Of a stretch of 64,000 bases of DNA, positions 58,439 through 64,000 are shown piece after piece. The stretch covers positions 4,159 through 68,158 of the forward strand of contig JAYVFR010000023.1 of the NCBI GenBank assembly GCA_043772945.1. Reading direction: 5' to 3'. This stretch comes from Minisyncoccota bacterium (GTDB lineage: Bacteria; Patescibacteriota; JACMRA01). The notes under the pieces were generated by a model. The model did no database searches and was not told where the DNA came from. It worked only from the letters and a program-made list of their open reading frames with translations. The position numbers were made by a program, and so were the translations under genes. Position 1 is the stretch's first letter, and every line of letters begins with the position of its first letter.

Positions 58439-60418
58439 ATGATTTTAAAGCTCTCTAGTGAATTAGATTCTAATCTAAACAGCACAGTAAACAAAAATAT
58501 TAAACTTAAAAGTAATTCAAAAGCCGAATTTAATCAGACTAATCAAGTTTTTGAGGACTATATTAAAGAAGTAGAATTAGAATCAAAATTAGCAACTGAA
58601 AACGCTCAAGAAGCAAGACCTGAATTTGATGCTCTTTACCAAAGCGATTATACAGATGGCGAGCTTAATCAGTTAATTGCTAAATGGGAACGCAAGCCCA
58701 AAGTAATTAACGTCCCAACTTTCAGAGAAATTTTAACTACAACAAGTTTGGATGAGATGACTGAATTAGAGGTTTCTAACATTAGTCAATTAGAAGCAAA
58801 GAGTGCTATTGAGAGACTAAATCGCGAAAAGACTATTAGCGGAGAAACTAAGCCTCAAACTAACCTAGATCAAGCTACTCCAACAATTGAAAAAGTTTCT
58901 AAAGACAGAGCTAAAAACACTTTGGCTCCTATAATTAATTCAACTATTAAATTGCAGATTGCTAATCCAAACTTTAAAGACGTTGTTAAAGAAAAACAAG
59001 CAAATCAAAAAATTCTAGACGAGCAACAGAAACAAGTAGAAACCCAGGATAAAATCCAGCGACTAGAAAAAGAATTTAAACAGAATAATAAACAACCAAC
59101 AACCGAATTAGAGAAACTAGATTATGAATCAAATAGAACTAATTATTTAATTGATAATGACAGTAATTTAACCACAGACCAAAAAACTCAAGCTAAAAGA
59201 AATTACAAAAATACTTTAAAGAGAAATAGTCCAAGTAATCAATCAAGTTCATCACAGTCTTCCCGCTCTCAAAGTTCAAGTGACAATTCAAGTACTTCAT
59301 CTCAGACAAACAACAGCTCAAGCTCCTCTAACTCAAGCCCAATAGTATTAAATAATAATCAGCCAAGTTCTAATAATTGGGTTACTAGCCTTGCTAACGC
59401 AGTTTTTGGAGGTGGTATTCAGGCGGAGGCTAAAGGATTAAACAACTCTGACACAGCCTTATCAATTTATTCATGGGACTATAATGGTGGCTTTGCCTTG
59501 GATATACCGAACGGGAATACAAACATCGGGACACAAATTGCAGTGAATTATAATAATAACGATAATGCTCAGAAATGGTGGACGAATAACAGCCAAGAGA
59601 TTAGATCTAAGCTAAATACAGACAGATGTTTAGATATTAGCGGAGGAAATTATACTAATGGAACTACAATAGCCTTGCATTATTGTACAGGCAACGATGC
59701 TCAGAAGTTCTTTTTTTATGGGAATACTTTGCGGTCTTGGGCTAATCCAAATTATTGTATAGATGTACCGAGTAATAACTGGACTCCGAATGTAGTTCAA
59801 TTATGGGATTGCAATAGTAGCGGTGCTCAGAAATTCGTCCCAGGAGACAACGGCTTCAACAACACCTTCCAAGTCCAGATAGCTACTAATGGAGGTATTT
59901 TAGCAGGTAATGGATTAAGCTCTGGTCATACTTTTGTAATTTTCAAAACTAATAACCAATTGAATAACACTATGTCGCTTTGGCCAGATTATGACACAAA
60001 TTGTGATAATGGTCGCCCAGGTTGGGCAAGTACTAGAGACTTTTTAAGACAAAATAATATGTGTGATTTTGATGGAGTAAAAGTTGACTGGGAAAAAACT
60101 CAAACAGAAGGAGATTTATACTATGCCTTAAATACAGCCAATACTGGATTTACCGTTAAGACGACTAGCATTAAAAAAACAACATCCGATCTTTATAGAT
60201 TTGGTGGTGGCTATCGCATAGGAGATAATTGGGGTCGTGATAATGTGAATTACGATTACAATGCTTTTTGGTGGGGAGCAAACAGAAATAATGGAAATTG
60301 TGTGTCTTTTTCTCAATATCTTTGGAATGATATGATGTCAACAGATGGAAAGTTATTTATGCGAATTAAACCTGATGCAGTGATCTCAGCACCTGCTACA
60401 TTATTGAACTATTATTAA
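58439..60418 (+). CDS. ricin-type beta-trefoil lectin protein with uncharacterised His...Cys C-terminal domain (putative toxin)
   Basis: 659 aa with no signal peptide of its own. A Ser-rich linker is followed by three QxW-type repeats (AQKWW, AQKFFF, AQKFV) at about aa 330-470. The C-terminal ~175 aa contain GHTFVIF and NGNCVSFSQYLW. Confidence 0.7.
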   Translation: MILKLSSELDSNLNSTVNKNIKLKSNSKAEFNQTNQVFEDYIKEVELESKLATENAQEARPEFDALYQSDYTDGELNQLIAKWERKPKVINVPTFREILTTTSLDEMTELEVSNISQLEAKSAIERLNREKTISGETKPQTNLDQATPTIEKVSKDRAKNTLAPIINSTIKLQIANPNFKDVVKEKQANQKILDEQQKQVETQDKIQRLEKEFKQNNKQPTTELEKLDYESNRTNYLIDNDSNLTTDQKTQAKRNYKNTLKRNSPSNQSSSSQSSRSQSSSDNSSTSSQTNNSSSSSNSSPIVLNNNQPSSNNWVTSLANAVFGGGIQAEAKGLNNSDTALSIYSWDYNGGFALDIPNGNTNIGTQIAVNYNNNDNAQKWWTNNSQEIRSKLNTDRCLDISGGNYTNGTTIALHYCTGNDAQKFFFYGNTLRSWANPNYCIDVPSNNWTPNVVQLWDCNSSGAQKFVPGDNGFNNTFQVQIATNGGILAGNGLSSGHTFVIFKTNNQLNNTMSLWPDYDTNCDNGRPGWASTRDFLRQNNMCDFDGVKVDWEKTQTEGDLYYALNTANTGFTVKTTSIKKTTSDLYRFGGGYRIGDNWGRDNVNYDYNAFWWGANRNNGNCVSFSQYLWNDMMSTDGKLFMRIKPDAVISAPATLLNYY

Positions 60419-60433
60419 ATTATCATTATTTTT

Positions 60434-61051
60434 ATGTACTTCTATCTTATACTTTTTTTTATAATAATTACATCTATTTTTATCTACTTATTAAATAAAA
60501 GTAACCTACAAAAAAAGACTAAAATAATATTAAGGACTCTAATATTTTTGCCAATAACTTTTTTTCTACTTGGAATAATAGTACTTAATCTATTGCAGTT
60601 TTTACAATTTCGTACATCGGATCCAGTATTATTAAATTGTAATGTAAATGACTATACATCTAATAAAAGCTATCGTTTAAACATATTTGGCGAGGAATAT
60701 ATATCTAATCAAGATGGGAGTATGATGCCATCTACAATACAAAATCGCTGGAATTTTAATAAAATTAGTCTTTTCGAAGAAGAATTGAGCAAGGAAAATA
60801 ATGCAAAGTATGAATTAAAAGAAAAATACGGTCAATTTATACAAGATTGCAGCAATAAAAAAGATATAGATTACAAATATCAAGTTTATACGCGTGAAAT
60901 ATCAGATAAAAATAATGATACTATAACTTATCCTAGCAAAAAAATAGTTCTTCCTGAAACTATTTGCTATCTCAAGAAAGTTACAAGTAGTGCTACTGAT
61001 TATCCTGATTGCTCCAGCGAAATTAAAGCTAAGTTTGGTCTCGGGAAGTAA
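60434..61051 (+). CDS. membrane-anchored tail-motif protein 1 (immunity-like)
   Basis: 205 aa with two N-terminal TM helices and an extracytoplasmic Cys-containing domain. Ends ...CYLKKVTSSATDYPDCSSEIKAKFGLGK. Confidence 0.55.
   Translation: MYFYLILFFIIITSIFIYLLNKSNLQKKTKIILRTLIFLPITFFLLGIIVLNLLQFLQFRTSDPVLLNCNVNDYTSNKSYRLNIFGEEYISNQDGSMMPSTIQNRWNFNKISLFEEELSKENNAKYELKEKYGQFIQDCSNKKDIDYKYQVYTREISDKNNDTITYPSKKIVLPETICYLKKVTSSATDYPDCSSEIKAKFGLGK
60995..61038 (+). repeat. 44-nt block identical to 61913-61956
   Basis: actgattatcctgattgctccagcgaaattaaagctaagtttgg occurs identically in two genes that are otherwise diverged. Confidence 0.9.
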
Positions 61052-61060
61052 TATTAATTT

Positions 61061-61324
61061 ATGTTTTTAATTAAGTATTCTTTTAGAAGAGTTTCTGACA
61101 TCTATCGTTTTAGTGGCGGGTATAGATGGGGTAGAAGTAACTGGGGTAAAGATAATATTAGATATACACCTGTTTATCTTGGTACAAATAATACTGGTAA
61201 CTGTGCTTCCTTTAGTTACATACTTTGGAATCAAATTATGGAAGATAATGGAATGTCTCGATTATTTGTTATCGGTTTTGATGTACCTGGTTTTATTAAG
61301 TTTGCTTTAGATGGTAGTATTTAA
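61061..61324 (+). CDS. orphan C-terminal fragment homologous to the toxin tip
   Basis: 87 aa. SDIYRFSGGYRWGRSNWGKDNIRY...NNTGNCASFSYILWNQIM aligns with SDLYRFGGGYRIGDNWGRDNVNY...NNGNCVSFSQYLWNDMM of the 659-aa protein. The upstream His-containing half is missing. Confidence 0.5.
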   Translation: MFLIKYSFRRVSDIYRFSGGYRWGRSNWGKDNIRYTPVYLGTNNTGNCASFSYILWNQIMEDNGMSRLFVIGFDVPGFIKFALDGSI

Positions 61325-61333
61325 TAATTTAGT

Positions 61334-61963
61334 ATGTTTATTTTACTTATTTTAATTGTATCAATTTTACTTTTTACTTTAATATATTTTAATGTATTAA
61401 GAAAGGCAAAAATACATAAATCAAAAAATTTATTACTTATCGGTTTATTTGTAAGTGTAGCAATTATAGTGTTTTTAATTATTAATTCCCTGGTAATTTA
61501 TTTTCCAGAATATAAATCTTTACAGTGTGGAGATACTAAGTTTTCTTTTCAAAAAAGTGTTAAAGGTACGGAATCGTTTACAATTTATGGAGGGGACTGG
61601 AATTTAGATTTAAATAAAGTTTCAAATAGTTTCGTCGGTATAAATCCTAGGTTAGTTTTAACTTTTGTTAATTATGATCTAGATAATGACAAATTAAGTT
61701 CAGAATATAAACTTTTAAGAAGTAATGAAGCAACCCGTAAAGCTAATGTTATTAAAAAGCTTCTAGATTGTAAGGGCTACGATAATGATGTTATTTATTC
61801 AGTTGGCAAACCTAAAAGTGTTAATGAAAATGGCTTTCCTGTTCCTGATTCCAATGGTAATAATACATATTTATATGATCGTTACTGCTATATTGCCAAT
61901 TACTCTAAAGTCACTGATTATCCTGATTGCTCCAGCGAAATTAAAGCTAAGTTTGGGATTTAA
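61334..61963 (+). CDS. membrane-anchored tail-motif protein 2 (immunity-like)
   Basis: 209 aa with two N-terminal TM helices. Ends ...CYIANYSKVTDYPDCSSEIKAKFGI. Confidence 0.55.
   Translation: MFILLILIVSILLFTLIYFNVLRKAKIHKSKNLLLIGLFVSVAIIVFLIINSLVIYFPEYKSLQCGDTKFSFQKSVKGTESFTIYGGDWNLDLNKVSNSFVGINPRLVLTFVNYDLDNDKLSSEYKLLRSNEATRKANVIKKLLDCKGYDNDVIYSVGKPKSVNENGFPVPDSNGNNTYLYDRYCYIANYSKVTDYPDCSSEIKAKFGI
61913..61956 (+). repeat. 44-nt block identical to 60995-61038
   Basis: See the partner repeat at 60995-61038. Confidence 0.9.
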
Positions 61964-61977
61964 TTAATTAAAAAAAT

Positions 61978-63573
61978 ATGTCTAAAAATTTAATTAATAT
62001 TACCAATATTACCAAATCAATTTTTCAAAAAATTATTCTAATTGGAATTTCTCTGATATTTGTTATTAATAAGCTAATTATTGTTCTAAATGATTTTCAT
62101 CAAGGTGGAATCACATATATGCCAAGTAGGTTTGAGCGAATTTCACTTTTAATCTCAAATTTTGAATTTTTTGGAATTGCGATTGTAATAGTTAGCTGTT
62201 TGTATTTGAATATTCGTTATTATAAATCAAAGTTAGTTTATCTATTGACATTTTTAATTTTGTTTAAAGATTTATTTTTTACCAATATTAGCCTGCTATT
62301 TCCTTCATTTTTTATATATTTTAGTAATCCATCTAATTATAAGTTTTATTTATTGGTTAGTGTTATCTTTAGTAATTTATTCTTTGCTTTGTTGCTTGGA
62401 ATTTACCAAATTTGGTTGATCAATATCTTTAAAAAACCTGTGGAGCTAGAGAAATATAAAGCATTTAACAATAAATTATTTACGCCTTGGAATAAGTTAA
62501 ATCAGACTAATTCAATGAAAGTGCTTTATTATATTTTAATGGTTGTTATTACTCTATTAGCGGGAGCTAGTATTTATCTAACAATCAAGGGCTTATTATT
62601 TGGCAATATAACTGGCGAGCTAGGAGGTGCTAGAAATGGATTAGAGGCTTTTTCAGTTTTATTGTTTGGATTGCCCATTTATATAACTTTTAATTTATGC
62701 CACATTACCTTTATAAATGCGAATAAACAAATTTATAAAAACCTAAATATTTATAAAAAGAGGATGATTGCTTGGTTTGTGATAATTGGCATAGTTATAA
62801 TTTCAACAATAGCGTTATTATATTTCTATCAAAATTATTATGATAATAACTTAGCTGTTACAATTTTAACTTCATATTTTGGCATTTTCATTATTCTACC
62901 TACTATTTATGATTTGTTTTTAACAAGAATTCAAATAAACAAAAAAAATCTTTTATTTGTATTTATTTTTTTAACCACTATAATAATTGCAGGATTGATT
63001 GGTGGTTATTTATATAATGATTATACTCACAAATTACGTGATATTGAAACTGTAGAATTGAATTGTAAACAAGGTAAACTCACTAAATATACAAGCTTTG
63101 ATTTTAATATTAACCGCAAAAGAAGCGTATTTCAAACAAAGGATTCAACTATTGATAACTATTTAAAAACTATTACTAAAAATGATGATAATTTAAATTT
63201 AGTTTTTTCTTTACCCTCTTTATCTGATGGATTGTATGTCAAAACACTGACTGGGGGTTATAGTGAATCAATGGTTCAGGATTGGATTAAAGCAGAAAAT
63301 GAAAGACGCTCTGTTACTATGTCAAAATATGGTAACTTGATTGAAAGTTGTTATGAATCTAATAATTTAAATTATTTATTTCAAGAGCTTAAAACCATTG
63401 ATAAATCTGATTCAAAAGTATCAAAAAGTTACAGTCCTAGGACTGGTGATGAACTTCATCAATACGAGGACGTAATTATTCCAGAATCAACCTGCTATCT
63501 TAAGAAAGTCACAATCAATGCGAATGACTATCCTGATTGTAGCTCTGAGATTAAAGCTAAGTTTGGGTTATAA
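61978..63573 (+). CDS. polytopic membrane protein with C-terminal tail-motif domain (family member 3)
   Basis: 531 aa. About 10 TM helices are followed by a ~170-aa domain similar to the two short members. Ends ...CYLKKVTINANDYPDCSSEIKAKFGL. Confidence 0.6.
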   Translation: MSKNLINITNITKSIFQKIILIGISLIFVINKLIIVLNDFHQGGITYMPSRFERISLLISNFEFFGIAIVIVSCLYLNIRYYKSKLVYLLTFLILFKDLFFTNISLLFPSFFIYFSNPSNYKFYLLVSVIFSNLFFALLLGIYQIWLINIFKKPVELEKYKAFNNKLFTPWNKLNQTNSMKVLYYILMVVITLLAGASIYLTIKGLLFGNITGELGGARNGLEAFSVLLFGLPIYITFNLCHITFINANKQIYKNLNIYKKRMIAWFVIIGIVIISTIALLYFYQNYYDNNLAVTILTSYFGIFIILPTIYDLFLTRIQINKKNLLFVFIFLTTIIIAGLIGGYLYNDYTHKLRDIETVELNCKQGKLTKYTSFDFNINRKRSVFQTKDSTIDNYLKTITKNDDNLNLVFSLPSLSDGLYVKTLTGGYSESMVQDWIKAENERRSVTMSKYGNLIESCYESNNLNYLFQELKTIDKSDSKVSKSYSPRTGDELHQYEDVIIPESTCYLKKVTINANDYPDCSSEIKAKFGL

Positions 63574-63758
63574 AAAGTTTGTATCACTTCTTCTTTTTTA
63601 AATTTATATTTTTTTAAATTATTTTTATAACTATCACAATTGTAAGTGATCTCCGCTCTAGGAGCAAACATATAGATTATAAATAAAGATGGAAATACAA
63701 CAATAGCAAGTAGCGTTAATATGATTGATTTTTTAGTTATTTTAAACATAAAATACAA
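63528..63758 (-). pseudogene. probable truncated N-terminal fragment of a tail-motif family member
   Basis: The N-terminus (TM helix, then EITYNCDSYKNNLKKYKF) resembles family members for about 55 aa. The frame then runs antisense through the end of the 531-aa gene. It starts 4 nt after the stop of the upstream minus-strand member. Confidence 0.3.
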
Positions 63759-63761
63759 ATC

Positions 63762-64000
63762 CTACTTTAACTCAAACTTAGCTTTAATTTCAGCAGAACA
63801 ATCAGGATAATCAGTCTCACCCGTTCGGTTTAGAAGGTAGCAATATTCTGAATTAGTTATTTTATTAATCTCTGTGATTGTGTCAATATTTAGAGATTTA
63901 CAACTTGAATATTTTTTAAAATCTAATTTAATGTCTTCAATAATTGATTGCGATAAGAAATTATCATAATTTCCAAAAAGTATATACTTGTTATTGTATA
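63762..64000 (-). CDS. tail-motif family member on the minus strand, 5' end outside the window
   Basis: Translates to ...NSEYCYLLNRTGETDYPDCSAEIKAKFELK followed by a stop (TAG at 63762-63764). Confidence 0.55.
   Translation of the reverse strand, partial: YNNKYILFGNYDNFLSQSIIEDIKLDFKKYSSCKSLNIDTITEINKITNSEYCYLLNRTGETDYPDCSAEIKAKFELK

Noticed and set aside
61113-61967. Alternative-frame ORFs 61113-61310 and 61785-61967
   Set aside because: They overlap ORFs that have clear paralogue support, namely the toxin-tip homology and the tail motif. The alternative frames have no such support.
60995-63812. Repeated ~45-nt motif considered as a possible CRISPR-like or intergenic repeat array
   Set aside because: The copies are irregularly spaced (0.9-1.6 kb), lie at the 3' ends of ORFs in a conserved reading frame, and one is inverted. 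It is a coding motif. No CRISPR array is present anywhere in the window.
1-64000. Alternative genetic code (UGA or UAG reassignment, as in some candidate phyla)
   Set aside because: Long motif-complete ORFs end at TGA (18685, 34061, 58434), at TAG (17944, 26693, 46425) and at TAA. No conserved gene needs read-through. The single in-frame TAG in the GIY-YIG gene is better explained as a mutation.

Overview
AT-rich bacterial chromosome segment read with the standard code; TGA, TAG and TAA all act as stops. I take it to be a small-genome, Patescibacteria/CPR-like organism. That is inferred from three things: T4SS-pilin-type genes, VirB4-like and coupling-protein-like ATPases scattered as single genes, and almost no Shine-Dalgarno sequences on housekeeping genes.

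Housekeeping content:
- Ribosome and translation: rplQ, rplM, rpsS, infB, prmC, two tRNAs, and a LysRS with a fused AlaX-type editing domain.
- RNA turnover, export and division: a PNPase whose N-terminal half is a HAD hydrolase, secY, and an FtsW/RodA-type protein.
- Other: a metal ABC importer, pgl, rmuC, pilM, a DedA protein and polyprenyl-phosphate glycosylation genes.
- The ribosomal and translation genes are dispersed rather than sitting in the canonical operons.

Accessory content:
1. 57.8-64.0 kb is the strongest candidate for something new.
   - A secreted ricin-lectin protein carries an uncharacterised His...Cys C-terminal domain. Its gene is split by a 16-nt tandem duplication.
   - Downstream lie an orphan copy of the toxin tip and five membrane-anchored genes. 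All five end in the tail DYPDCS(S/A)EIKAKF, and two of them share an identical 44-nt block.
2. 39.5-44.1 kb holds a single-chain nuclease-methylase-specificity restriction enzyme plus an unknown 449-aa partner. The module is bracketed by 72-nt direct repeats; the distal copy is a relic of the enzyme's N-terminal coding region.
3. 46.4-46.9 kb is a hairpin-flanked GIY-YIG insertion that regenerates the 3' end of an FtsX-type permease gene. The GIY-YIG frame contains an in-frame TAG.
4. 34.1-35.9 kb is a 1.7-kb two-gene cassette bounded by duplicated terminator-containing repeats.

No rRNA, CRISPR array, integrase or transposase was recognised. All functional calls rest on motif recognition by eye; no database search was possible.
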